A DNA stretch of 64,000 nt, taken from positions 85,126,001 through 85,190,000 of the forward strand of contig NC_043005.1 of NCBI RefSeq assembly GCF_006345805.1. Reading direction: 5' to 3'. This DNA is from Octopus sinensis (Eukaryota). The notes under the pieces are model-generated. The model saw nothing but the letters and a program-made list of their open reading frames with translations. It was not told where the DNA came from and searched no databases. The translations under genes and the position numbers were made by a program. Of the stretch, positions 13,500-26,187 are shown piece by piece. Each line of letters begins with the position of its first letter. The first letter of the stretch is position 1.

Positions 13500-13580
<81 letters not shown>

Positions 13581-13860
13581 ATATATATATATATATATAT
13601 GTATACACACACACACATATATATATATACCTGTGCATATACATATATAAACATATACATGTTTGATGTGCATATATATAAATATGTATATCTGTGTATA
13701 TATATATACATTCACACACATGCACACACACACATATATAAATATACATAAATACATACATTGTCTTCATAGATATGCACATATATTTATGTACAAATAC
13801 ATGCACATACGCACACATATATATACATAAATATGCATGCATTCATTTATGTATATAAAT

Positions 13861-13891
<31 letters not shown>

Positions 13892-13940
13892 CACACACAC
13901 ACACGCACACACACACACACCCACACACACACAAACACAC
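12070..13940. repeat. Compound microsatellite block: (CAC/CAT)n, (CAG)n, (CT)n, (TA)n, (CA)n
   Basis: Directly visible. Confidence 0.9.
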
Positions 13941-14454
13941 ACTCATTTTTAGAACTGCAGCCATGTTTTGAAGGAAGAGATTTAAATAATGGTGATCTAT
14001 TTTATTCAGCAATCACACTTTATTTTTAAAATCTACCCTGTTGGACAGTTTATTATAAGTCTGAGCATGGAGGATGCATGTATGTATGTGTATATATGTG
14101 CATGTATGTATGTATGTATGTATGTGTATATATGTGCATGTATGTATGTATGTATGTATATGTGTATGTATGTACGTATCATGTATGTATATACATATGT
14201 ATGTGCATACATGTGTATGTACGAATACATGTACATGTACACGGGAGAGTGGAAAACTTTTTGGAATTAATGATTCACCATTACACGTGTTTCATTTGCT
14301 AATAGGAGCTACAAAATTGTACATACAATAGAAAGCATGTAAGATATTTCCTATTAGAAATTCTTCAGGCAGACAAGCAATAAAATTCTTTAACTGAAGA
14401 ATTTTCAATAGGAGGCATCTCCTACATGCTTCTCCTATATGTATAGATAATAAC

Positions 14455-14610
14455 TCATCATCGTTTAACGTCCACCTTCCATGCTGGCATGGGTTGGACG
14501 GTTTGATGGGAGCTGGCCAGGCAGGAGCCTGCACCAGACTTCTGTGTCTGTTTTGGCAGGGTTTTTATGGCTGGATGCCCTTCCTAACACCAACCACACC
14601 ACAGATTGGA
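14455..14610 (-). mobile_element. RTE LINE 3'-UTR fragment
   Basis: CATCATCGTTTAACGTCC...CATGCTGGCATGGGTTGGACGG...GCTGGATGCCCTTCCTAAC. Confidence 0.85.
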
Positions 14611-14837
14611 CTAACTCCTATTGAGAAATGAAATGTGTAATTGTGAATAAATAATGGCAAAAAATATTTTCCCAGTCTGTTCTTTTGACATGTAATTACT
14701 CAACAAATACTATTTTTCAGTATTTTTCAACTCTTATAAAATGCCTCACACAGCTATAACATCTACAAACAATTTTAGAGTAGTGGAATAAAGAGATGTG
14801 CTTTAAGAGGACTCAGTTTAGAGTGTAACCCTATCTA

Positions 14838-16362
14838 TTGGGTCATCCCATAAATAATGCAGTCTTTTCAATTGCATGAACTAAAAGTCAGTGGGGGATG
14901 GGATAAACTATTTGCATCAACTTGCTATAAAAGCAGGTAATAATTTTACCTTGCAAGTTTTGAAGAGTGCAGTTCAATTTTAACAGTTATTTTTTCAAAG
15001 CTACAATGGAAGTGGTGAAGGAGCATATTCAACATATTTTGCTGTATGAAGTCAATAAAGGCAACAATGCAATGGAAAGTGCAAGGAATATTAATGCAGT
15101 ATATGGGGATCAGACAATAAGCATAAGCCAGTGTCATTGGTGGTTCCAGAAATTCTGAGCTGGAATCTACAGCCTAGAACAGTGCTTCTCAAAGTGGTGG
15201 TTAGCAGACCAGTACCGGTCCACAAACCATCAGTTGCTGGTAAGAAAGAAACATTATAAAATGCTTAGGTAATATTGTATTATTTGTTTACAAAATAAAT
15301 ACAAGATAAAAAAAAAATTGTCAACTTTTATTATATTCTTTACATATATTGTTTCTGGTATAAATTAATATTACTAAGAAATATTACCGGTCCCTGGAAC
15401 ATTGGAAAAAAAAAACTGCTGGTATACCACATCAGATAGTTTGAGAAGCACTGGCCTAGATGAGCCTCATCTTGGGAGATCTGTAGAGCTTGATGAGGAC
15501 ATCCTGCAAACCCTGGTGGAACAAAACCCCTTTGTAACTGTTGAGGAACTAGCAAAGAAGCTTGGATTTGGTCATTCAACCATTTATTGACACCTGTGTG
15601 ACATCAGAAACGTCAGCAAATTGGGTCAATGGCTTCCTTACAAACTTTCTGAGTCTAATCACGTGCAGAGAATAAATGTGTGCTCTTCTTTGCTGCCATG
15701 TCTCACGAATGAACCGGTGACGAGAAATGGGTTCTCTGTAAAAATGTCAAGTATTGAAGACAGTGGACAGGAAAGGGAGAAACACCAGCACCCCAGGCAA
15801 AAGAAGGTCTTCACCCACATAAGGTGTTGTTATCTGTTTTATGAGATATGAAAGGTTTAGTCCACTTTGAACTTTTAAACCCAAATGAAACAATAACAAA
15901 GGAGATCTACTGTGAGCAGCTTGAGTGGCTTAAGTCAGCGTTAGAAGAAAAATGACCATCTTTGGTTTCAAGACAAAAGGTGTTCTTCATTCAGGATAAT
16001 GCTCAGCCACATACAGCGAGGATAACATTCCAAAGGCTAGAGCAGTTTGAATGGGAAACGATGACCCACCCACCATATTCGCCAGGCATTGCCCCATCTG
16101 ATTATCATTTATTCTGCAGTCTTCAAAATCATTTGGACGGAAAAAGTATGAATTCTGTAGATGAGTTCAGAACAGTACTGGAGGAATATTTTTCATCACA
16201 GACAAGTGAATTTTGGAAGAGTGGCCTTGCAAGTCTACCAGATAGATGGAAGAGCATTGTTGAAATTGAAGGAGAGTATATTTTAGATTAAAAAAGAATT
16301 TTATCTTGATTTTGGAAAATAAAAGAAGTATAAAAAAATACATTATTTATGGGAAGACCCAA
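14838..16362 (+). mobile_element. Complete but decayed mariner (Tc1/mariner) transposon
   Basis: TIRs TTGGGTCATCCCATAAATAATG / CATTATTTATGGGAAGACCCAA with TA on both sides; transposase remnants HILLYEVNKG, GQWLPYKL (WVPHEL-like), QDNAQPH and HPPYSPGIAPSDYHLF (YSPDLAPSD-like); stops and frameshifts present. Confidence 0.95.
15180..15453. mobile_element. hAT (Charlie-like) MITE nested in the mariner
   Basis: TIRs CAGTGCTTCTCAAA / TTTGAGAAGCACTG; 8-bp TSD GCCTAGAA / GCCTAGAT; removing it rejoins the transposase sequence. Confidence 0.92.
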
Positions 16363-16807
16363 TACATAATATGTATATATGTACATATGTATATATATGT
16401 ATGAGGGTGTATATTCTGGATGTGCTAGATATGCACTGCACACCCATCAAAAATGACAAATTCATTATAAATGTTAACCTTCAATTTATTCACAAATCTT
16501 AATGGAAAACTTCTGTTGTACCCCTGGTCTAAATTTGGTAGCATTGGGTGTAGCAGCACACCCAATCCAGCCACCACCATATACCACTGATATTTATGTA
16601 ATACATGTATGTATTCATGTCTGTGTGGTTATATTCCATGATATCACTGCATTGTCTTTGCTCAAAACCTTTTGTTGTTGTTGTTGAGGTTATATACTCC
16701 TAGTTTAACCACAAATGTGGTTAACCCTCAGGCCATTATAAGGAAAGACGTTCAAACCCCGTGACATTCTGGTCCTTTGCCTATGCACAAAGATTTTAAC
16801 AAGTATC

Positions 16808-17162
16808 TTTTATCTCTTACTTGTGTCAGTCATTAAACTGTGGCCAAGCTAGGGCACAGCCTTGAAGAAATCTAATCAAGTTTAAAGCCAGGTATTTTTT
16901 CCATCAAACTGTTTTGCTGAAACAGTAAGTTAATGGAACATAAACGAACCAACACCAGTTGTCAAGTGGCGACAGGGACAAACACAACACATACACACAC
17001 ACACACAGGTGATGGGCTTCTTTCAATTTTCATTTACCAAATCCACTCACAAGGCTTTGGTCAGCCCGAGGCTATAGTAGAAGACACTTGTCCAAGTTCC
17101 CACACAGTGGGACTGAACCTGGAACCACGTGGTTAGGAAGCAAGCGTCTTACCATACAGCCA
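16808..17162 (-). mobile_element. SINE family A, near full length
   Basis: Head, (CA)n linker and tail motifs. Confidence 0.85.
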
Positions 17163-17773
17163 CAACTTATCCCCTATTTTTGCAGATGACAATCTTTTTT
17201 TAAAGGTAGATTTGTTGCTGTTTGCTTTCGTTGGGTAGTGGTCTTTCTTCTCTCTTACACAGAACTTGGTGATGTGTCTTCTGTAATTTAGAACAAAAAC
17301 AGGTTGTTGATGTTGCTGTTGTTGTTGTTGTTGTTGTGTTAGTTTTTGCTATTACTCAGTCTTAGATAATCTTTAATCCAGTAGAGTTATCAATGAAAAA
17401 GTATGGAAGCCATTAAAGAAATGGAAGACTAATTCTATCAACCAAAGAAAGAAAAAGTCCCTCTCCTTCGGCAGAAAATAGATTTAATCCCCCATTGCAA
17501 GGTTTAACACCACCAGATGTCTCTACACAGTTCCCAAGTACACTTAGTTGTAAAACTGAAGGGATCAGTTTCCATTTGAGGTTTAAAATGTCCTTGCAAT
17601 AAGTTTTTTCAGGGTGTTGCAATATCTATCATTTATCTATCTCTATCAATCAATCAAATGATCAATCAATCAATCAGTCAATCAATCAATCATTCAGTCT
17701 GTCTGTCTATCCATCCGTCTGTCCGTCCGTCTGTCTGTTTGGCCGTCAGTCTGTCTGTCTGTCTGGCTGTTAG

Positions 17774-17853
<80 letters not shown>

Positions 17854-17870
17854 GCTATCTATCTATCTAC

Positions 17871-18854
17871 CGTGAGTGCCGCATTGCTCTCAAAAAACTA
17901 TGCAATCCCAGGTCAACTTTGAGTGGCTTCAACACAACCAAAGCATTCTACAGGGGATTAGTGGAGGGGAGGTACAACAACGACCTCGGGGCGGACTGGG
18001 CGTTGACGAGGAATATCTGACCCGCCTGTTCAAAATGACTTGCGGGCCAGGACCAAAGATCTCTGGCCTGGCAGTGCTATTGGGAAGCGCTACCCATTCG
18101 AGATAAGCTCTACGGGCATGGCTCGAGAAATGCAGTCAGAGCGACAAAACCATTCTGCATGCACTTGTACAGTGTCCAACCATTTCCGATCTGTGGGCCT
18201 ATGTTGAATGACGGCTATCGTGTGTGGGACGAATCAGTTTATCAGTCAAATCTATCATGAATATTGTTGCGTCTCCTTCCTTGAAATGGGAAGGAAGAGC
18301 CATTTTCATTGTACTTGTGGCTATGGTGAAAGAATGTGTATGGTGGACACGTCTGAAAGGCCTAGAGAGAAACACTTTCCTCTCTGGTCAATCTCTCATC
18401 AACTTCTTCAAGTATTGCTTGAATAGGAAGGTGAGAGTAGAGAGGGAAGTTTTGTCTAGTGAATGCTTCAAAAGAAGATGGGTGAACGTAGCAAGGATGG
18501 TACATATGAATGACAGAGCCAGCTGGAGCATAATCCTATGAACCAAAAAAAAGAAGGAAAAAGAGAGTCACTTACTGTAACGCATTTTTTTCATGACATT
18601 ATTGCCTAAGGTTACCATGGTCTTTTCCATAGGCTTTTCTTTCCATGGATAAACCTAATCTGTCTTCCCTTTTTACACATTTACACATGTATCACATTTC
18701 TGTGATACATGATCACTATTGATCGGCTTTTTTTTCCTTCATCCCTTTTGATTGAAATTCAACCCACTTTTTTTCTCTTCTTCCCAAAAAGAAAAACTTT
18801 ACTTTGTATTTAGTCCCATCTGTGTTCAGCCCTGTGTGGCCAATAAAGAAACAT
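17871..18854 (+). mobile_element. 5'-truncated Tx1/L1-clade non-LTR retrotransposon (ORF2 C-terminus and 3' UTR)
   Basis: Translates to SLAWQCYWEALPIRDKLY and C-x-DKTILHALVQCP..LW (cysteine/histidine knuckle); stop near 18541; AATAAA at 18842; flanked by (TATC)n on both sides. Confidence 0.8.
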
Positions 18855-19154
18855 TATCTATCTATCTATATATCTATATATATATATATAAGGAGCACAT
18901 AATCAATTGATATTGGGATATGTATTACTTATCTTTGTATTCCATTCAGAGGTAAGCCTATTTAAAAAAATATTCATTGCATTGCTCGTGTGTATATATA
19001 TCGTAAAATTTATGGTGGTTTTTTGAAGCTGTTGCTTTGATTTTTAGCAAGGGGCATATTTACCTTACTTTTCTTAAATTATTTTATATTGTACCTGTAT
19101 AGGTAGAAACTTGCTAGCCACCTCAATATTACTATATATAACGGTAATAATACT

Positions 19155-19204
<50 letters not shown>

Positions 19205-19427
19205 GAGAGAGATTATGAGAGGTAATGGTATCAATAAGATCCAAAAGTGTCAGGTAATGCTGAGTAAGTGGTATGGACAGATCATAGTTAAGCTCCAGGT
19301 TCAGTGATTATGCGAATAAGGAGTACAACGTAGGTAATATATTAGCACGTGTATATATAAAAAATATTTTTCAGAATGGGATAAAAAACCAAGGCTGTGA
19401 AGATTTAAGAATATTTATAAATAGCAG

Positions 19428-19475
19428 GTCTTACAGCTGTTTCTAGGATATATTTTATATCCCTTCATCAGAGAC
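19428..19475 (-). ncRNA. Minimal type I hammerhead ribozyme, intact core
   Basis: Minus strand: GTCT-CTGATGA-AGGGATATAAAATATATCCTA-GAAA-CAGCTG-TA-AGAC; palindromic stem III ACAGCUGU; predicted cut after GUA, between 19432 and 19431. Confidence 0.8.
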
Positions 19476-19529
19476 GGTGTGAGAAAATGGTTATCTAAAT
19501 TAACTATTGCTTAACCATCCTCTCACACC

Positions 19530-19577
19530 ATCTTCAATGAAGGGATATATAAAATAACCCAGAAACAGCTGTAAGAC
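19530..19577 (+). ncRNA. Inverted partner hammerhead, core decayed (TCAATGA)
   Basis: Mirror image of 19428-19475; GAAA-CAGCTG-TA-AGAC retained. Confidence 0.6.
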
Positions 19578-19646
19578 CTTCTATTTATAAATGTTCTAAA
19601 ATCTTCACAGCCTTGGTTTTTTTATCTCATTCTGAAAAAAAAAAAA

Positions 19647-19706
<60 letters not shown>

Positions 19707-19955
19707 CATAAGTTATCTGAGCAACCATAAGTCAGAGGAAAGATGCACTCGTATATCTGTAATTAGAGTGGGTACATTATCTAAAATATATTTTATTAAA
19801 TATCCATCATAACTGATCTTAATAATCGGTTTTGTCTAAAGGATACAATGGAGTGTTAGCCAACAATCTGATTATATAACTTTACACTCATCAAAGTTAG
19901 CCAATATGGAAAGGAATAAGTTGTCATATTCTGCCATATTCCCTTCCATATTGGC

Positions 19956-20029
19956 TAACTCTGATGAGTGTATAGTTATATAACACTCCATTGTATTCTT
20001 TACACGAAACCGATTATTAAGATCAGTCA
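19956..20029 (+). ncRNA. Type I hammerhead-like motif (different family), right arm of a fold-back
   Basis: TAACT-CTGATGA-GTGTA...TACAC-GAAA-CCGATTATTAAGA-TC-AGTCA; mismatches in stem III and stem I. Confidence 0.5.
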
Positions 20030-20072
20030 TGATGAATATTTAATAATATACATTTTGGATAATGTATGTATG

Positions 20073-20118
<46 letters not shown>

Positions 20119-20152
20119 ATTATATATATATATATTATATATATATATATAT

Positions 20153-20280
20153 AGGATGGGTTCCTTTCAGTTTCTGTATACCAAATTCATGGGCAAGGTT
20201 AGCCTGAGGCTAAAGTCACACAGTTGAACTGAATCTAAAACCATGTGCACGAGAAGCAAACTTCTTACCACGCAGCCAAA
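20153..20280 (-). mobile_element. SINE family A head, decayed
   Basis: TTTCAGTTTC...CTTCTTACCAC.CAGCC. Confidence 0.7.
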
Positions 20281-20304
20281 ATTGCTTCTCTTCTCCTTTT
20301 ACAG

Positions 20305-20352
20305 GATTTTCGAGGGAGGTGTGACAGTGATCAGCAAGAACAGCACCAATGA
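20305..20352 (+). CDS. Candidate isolated 48-nt internal exon (IFEGGVTVISKNSTN), product unknown
   Basis: Strong acceptor TTGCTTCTCTTCTCCTTTTACAG|G, donor GA|GTAACA, frame-preserving and open; no partner exons identified. Confidence 0.25.
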   Translation, partial: DFRGRCDSDQQEQHQ

Positions 20353-20379
20353 GTAACACATTGCTTACCAATGCTGCCA

Positions 20380-20409
20380 CTGCTACTACTACTATTACTA
20401 CTACTACTA

Positions 20410-20492
<83 letters not shown>

Positions 20493-21007
20493 ACACCACT
20501 ACCACCATCACCACCACCACCACTACTACTTCCACTACTACTACTACTGCTGCTACTGCTACTGCTGCTGCTGCTACAACTACTACTACTACCACTACTG
20601 CTTCTGCTCCTGCTGCTGCTATTATTACTCTTGCTCCCACTATCAATAATAATGACAATAATAATGAAGGAAGAGTCATGCTGTTGTTGATGATGATGGT
20701 GATGTTGGTGATAATGGTGATGATGATGATGATAATGATGGTGATAAAGATGTTGATGAAGATGATGATGATTATGGAGTTGATGATGAATAGTGATGAT
20801 GAGATGATGATGATGGTGATGATTATAGTGATGATGATGATGGTGATGATAATGATGATGATGATGATGACGACGATGACAATGATGATGATGGTGATGA
20901 TAGTCAAATCTATACCCCTAAAGGACAAAACTGCACGCACCTCAGGTAGTCAGGGGAGCATCTTGTGGTGCAATTGAAACATGCATAAAACTGTTGCAAA
21001 CATGATC

Positions 21008-21069
<62 letters not shown>

Positions 21070-21121
21070 TAATAATAATAATAATAATAGTAATAATAAT
21101 ATAATAATAATAATAATAATA

Positions 21122-21153
<32 letters not shown>

Positions 21154-21211
21154 GTAATAATAATAGTAATAGTAATAGTAATAATAATATAATAATAATA
21201 ATAATAACAAC

Positions 21212-21279
<68 letters not shown>

Positions 21280-21440
21280 TGATGATGATTTCTCTTATTT
21301 GCCACCAGGTGAAGGATAAGAATAATGATGATGATGATGATGAGGATGATGCTGGTAATAATGATCATGATAGAATGATAAAAATAACATCAATGATATT
21401 AATAATAATAAAAGTGATAATAATGGTGACGATGATGCTG

Positions 21441-21506
<66 letters not shown>

Positions 21507-21715
21507 GAATAACAACGACGATCATGATGTTCATAACAACAACAACAATAATAATAATAATAATAATAATGATAATAATAACAGTAATAATAACAATAAT
21601 AACAATAATAATAACAATAACAATAATAATAATAATAATTATAATAATAATAATAATGATGATAATGAAAATCATAATAATAATAACAATAACAATAATA
21701 ATAATAATAATAATA

Positions 21716-21762
<47 letters not shown>

Positions 21763-21785
21763 AACGACAACAACAACAACAACGG
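20380..21785. repeat. Compound (TAC)n/(GAT)n/(AAT)n microsatellite block
   Basis: Directly visible. Confidence 0.95.
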
Positions 21786-22479
21786 CAATGCCAGCAGTAG
21801 CGGCAGCAGCAATATTCCCGCTCTCTTATCTGTTCTCGGTGGCATTAGCTAATATGTTGCAATCGTATTATCAACACATTTACGCAGTAAATTACATCAG
21901 TGCATCGGTGCAGAGGAGGTGCAGCCTGCAGCAGGAATTGCAGTCAATAGAAATGGTTAAATCTCAAGGCTTGCTTTGAAAGTAAATTAAAATATAAATA
22001 TTGATTCTTGATGCAACGGCGCTTTGTTGCATCTTGTTGCAACCAACCGAGATGCAGACAGACTTGCATTGAATTCTTGGTTTGCTTGTTTGTTTGTTGT
22101 TGTTGTTTTCTCTTTTTTTTCTCTTTTTTTTCATTTATTATTGAAAATACCAGTTGCGATAACAGGAACGGCTAATAGAGAGGATAAAAGCGATGGTGTT
22201 GTTGCTTGTGACTCTTGTTGTTGTTGTTGCTGTTATTGTTGTTGTGTTTTAACTGTCATGGCTGCTCTACTATAATTGTCAAGTGTGTTGTTGTGCATAT
22301 GCACACATGCAACACTTTCAGAACTGAGTTTTGCCAAGGTGCATGGCTCCACTCTTTCTTTCTCTCTTTCTACACACATGCATACATACACACACATGTA
22401 CACACACACATACACACACACAAACACACTCACTCACACATACACACACACACAAACATACACACACACACACATACAT

Positions 22480-22730
22480 ATCTGTAGTGGTGGCATGTAA
22501 AAAGCACCAACTGATCATAGTCATCGCCAGCCTCCCCTGGCACCTGTGCCAGTGGCATGTAAAATGCACCCACTACACTCACGGAGTGGTTGGCATTAGG
22601 AAGGGCATCCAGCTGTAGTAACACTGCCAGATTAGATTGGAGCTTGGTGCAGCCACCTGGCTTCCCAGACCCCGGTCGAACAATCCAACCCATGCTAGCA
22701 TGGAAAACGGACATTAAATGATGATGATGA
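22480..22730 (+). mobile_element. RTE LINE 3'-UTR fragment
   Basis: GTGGCATGTAAAAAGCACC modules, GGAAGGGCATCCAGCTG, (GAT)n tail. Confidence 0.85.
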
Positions 22731-22989
22731 CCTTATATGATAAGATTCTCCATAGTTTCTATATACACTCTCAGAGTGTTATGGGTGCTTTTATGTGCCA
22801 CCAGCACAGGTGCCATTTGTGTGACACCTGTATCCACCACAACTGTGGAAAAAAAAAGCAGACTCTAGCTCAGGATGAAAAAGCCTGAAAATTCCACTCC
22901 TCCAATTGACATAAGAATCCTCCCACCCCAGACATTGGTTGGCCTGCAGCTTCTTTTAGTTTAGTTGGTGTTCTCTGTCTATTATTTTA

Positions 22990-23130
22990 ACTCAAGACAC
23001 CTGGAGAAGGCTGGAGGCTATATCAGCCAAAACGTTGTGTTAACAACAAACAAGATGAGGACAAATATCCGTCAAATGTAAATAATGTAAATAATGTACA
23101 TAATTCCTCATCTCTTAAATACAGAACTGT
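22990..23130 (+). mobile_element. PLE-type terminal repeat with decayed HHR (22997-23040)
   Basis: ACAC-CTGGAGA-A-GGCTG gaggctatat CAGCC-AAAA-CG-TT-GTGT; same family as 55786-55890. Confidence 0.75.
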
Positions 23131-23164
23131 ATTTGAAAATGAAGTTTTAAAGATTCAACTTGTT

Positions 23165-23380
23165 CTGATCTATGGCTCACTTCTTGAACTTGCGATGCTT
23201 CATCAACCAAAAAGAAGTGAAGGCTTCAGAGAAAGGGTTCTTCATCCCAAAGAATAGGAACTGGTATCAGCAAGGAACCAAAGAAATGGTAGAAAGGTGG
23301 CTTCAGACAGTGCAACATGATGGCCTCTACTTTCAATGCCAGGCCGGTCTTTTTGTGATAACTTGACAAATAGCGCAAAT
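23165..23380 (+). mobile_element. Mariner transposase C-terminal fragment
   Basis: MAHFL..RCF.NQKEV....F....NWYQQG...MVERWLQTVQHDGLYF resembles mariner transposase C-termini. Confidence 0.7.
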
Positions 23381-23384
23381 ATGT

Positions 23385-24125
23385 TCTTTTCTACTCTAGG
23401 CACAAGGCCTGAAATTTTTGGGGTGGGGTCAGTCGATTAGATTGACCCCAGTACGCTACAGGTACTTAATTCATCAATCCCAAAAGGATGAAAGGCAAAG
23501 TCAGCCTTGGCGGAATTTGAACTCAGAATGTAAAGACAGATGAAATATCACTAAGCATTTCACCTGGCATGCTAATGTTTCTGCCAGCTCACTGCCTTAT
23601 GTTACCAAAATATTGCAAAACTTTTGATTCAGCAGAATAAATATCAATTATTGTATGTAACACCATTGTGTAATCCTGTGTTGAAAGAAAATGGTTTCTT
23701 TGTGATCTAGCATTAATCTAATCCACTTTGGGGTTAACTAATATGCAGGGAGATGTCATATTTAACATGTAGGAAGATGTATTTAATCACTTGTAACTGC
23801 ATTATCAAATTCTTCATTGGAAGGGATTGTATCTTAAACCTTAGCCGCTCATGGATATTGTTAATCTACTTAGTATTTTCATTTCTTTATTGCCCACAGG
23901 GGGTTAAACATAGAAGGGACAAACAAGGACAGACAAAGGGATTAAATCGATTACATCAACCAGTGCATAACGGGTACTTATTTAATCGACCCTGAAAGGA
24001 TGAAACCCAAAAGGATGAAAGGCAAAGACGACCTTGGTGGAATTTGAACTCAGAATGTAATGGCAGATAAAATACTAATAAACATTTTGCCCGGCATCCT
24101 TAACTATTCTACCAGCACACCACCT
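23385..24125 (-). mobile_element. Two SINE family C copies (about 23385-23600 and 23880-24125)
   Basis: GGATGAAAGGCAAAG...GGAATTTGAACTCAGAA...GCTAA motifs. Confidence 0.85.
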
Positions 24126-24709
24126 TCAATCTACTTAGCATGAGGTGTTTTGGTGAAGACGAGGAAGAGTATGTTACTTCACCATCTACATAAAACCTTA
24201 GCCCTCATCCATTGCCAAAATGTTCCCTTATTAAAGTTGAGGCATGACAAGACAAGCTTTGTGAATTCTTTGTGATTTTAGGCATTAATTTTTTCAATTG
24301 CTGATTGGAGATTTCTGATATTTAAACAGTTTTGTTTTGGGATGTTTGGTAGTTAATTGGTAGGGTCGTTACAGAGATGGCAAGACTGCTTTGCAAAATT
24401 CATTCTGACTCTCTGTGTTCCAAGTTCAAATTCAGTTAATATCAACTTTAAATTTCATATTTTAGGGATTGATTTGATGAAGTATCAGTCCTGTTCTGTG
24501 ATTAATTTCTTCTCTTTCTTTCATTCTTTCTTTCTGTCTGCCTCTCTATCACATTTGAGAAGAATCCAATTGTAGTCAGACTTAGCAAAAGATGAGCTTA
24601 GCTGAGTTAAAAAACTTCCTAAGCTGCTACATCACAACAATGCTCTTGTAACTACATCAATAAATTGAATTCCTATTTGTACAGCGTGTTCTAATTTAAA
24701 TGTCCTTCC

Positions 24710-25075
24710 ATCATCATCATTTCATTTAACGTCCGCTTTCCATATTAGCATGGGTTAGACGATTTGACTGAGGTCTGGCGAACCAGATTCCAATCTGATC
24801 TGGCAGAGTTTCTACAGCTGGATGTCTTTCCTAACACCAACCACTCCAAGAGTGTAGTGGGTGCTTTTACGTGCCACCAGCACGAGGGCCAGTTTGGTGG
24901 TACTGGCAACAGCCGTGCCCAAATGGTGCTTTTTATATGCCACCTACACAGGAGCCAGTCCAGCAGCACTGGCGACGACCTCGCTTGAATGTTTCACGTG
25001 CCACCAGCACAAGTGCTAGTAAGGTGACACGGTAACGATCACTCTCGAATGGTGCGTTTAACATGCCATTGGCAC
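24710..25075 (-). mobile_element. RTE LINE 3'-UTR fragment with several tandem modules
   Basis: (CAT)n tail, CTACAGCTGGATG, repeated GGTGCTTTTAYRTGCCACC. Confidence 0.85.
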
Positions 25076-25519
25076 GTACATGTGAACATAAAAGCAATAC
25101 TTCATTCCTCTCATTCAGGTGCTTATCTCTCAAGGTCAGTATCTTAAAATATCACATTTTTAGTATTTTTCTGTTTTATAATTCAGTTAATCAGATCAGA
25201 AACAATTCTTATCTTGTCATTAAAACTTGTTCCATTTAATGCAGTATTTTAGTACAAGACAGCTACATAAAATATAATAATAGGTGAGAAATATGTCTGC
25301 TGATGTTGAATGCATTGTACAACCTTTCATAATATTTATATGTTCTCCATCTTCAATCAGGTGTGAATAGTGTTTACCTGTATTTCATGTTTATGTTTAA
25401 TGTAATATCTACAAAATTTATTACTCTCTACTTAATATCCATCCTAAATTTAGATTAAACTGACTGAAGATCTAATTACAGCTTTTCTAATTTTTACCAT
25501 TGTTATATTCTTGCAGCAT

Positions 25520-26027
25520 CCTGGCAGAAACATTAGCACAAAGGTATTTCGTTTATCTTTCCGTTTTGAGTTCAAATTCTACTGAGGTTGACTTTACCCT
25601 TCATTCTTTCAGGGTCGATAAAATAAGTACCACTTGAGTACTGGGATCGATGTAATTGACTTGCCTCTCCTCAAAATTGCTGGCCTTGTGCCAAAATTTG
25701 AAACCATTATTATGGCATAATCAAGTATGGCATGTCTTTGTGTCTGTATAAACTATCGGTCTCTTTTGCCAAACTGCTAAGTTACAAGGACATAAACACA
25801 CCAGCATGTTGGGGGGACAAACACAGACACACAAACATATACACACACATATATATATATATATACACACATATATGACAGGCTTCTTTCAGTTTCCGTC
25901 TACCAAATCCACTCACAAGGCTTTGGTCGGCTTGAGGCTATAGTAGAAGACACTTGCCCAAGGTGCCATGCAGTGGGACTGAACCTGGGACCATGTGGTT
26001 GGTAAGCAAGCTACTTACCACACAGCT
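25520..26027. mobile_element. SINE family C (+, 25520-25710) followed by SINE family A (-, 25745-26027)
   Basis: Diagnostic motifs of each family. Confidence 0.8.
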
Positions 26028-26187
26028 AGAATAGTGAAGTCACATGGTCTTTTCACCCATTCTTCTCTGTGTTGCCTAAGTAAAGATGATCCATTTTTGA
26101 TATGATATTTTTTTGTGTTTGTTGTTTATTAGGACAAATATTTTGAGAATTATTTTTGGAAAAAAAAAACAAAACAAAATAAAACAA

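Noticed and set aside
14345-14415. Short inverted repeat with CTGAAGA on both arms
   Set aside because: The only GAAA is needed for the putative stem II, so no complete core can form.
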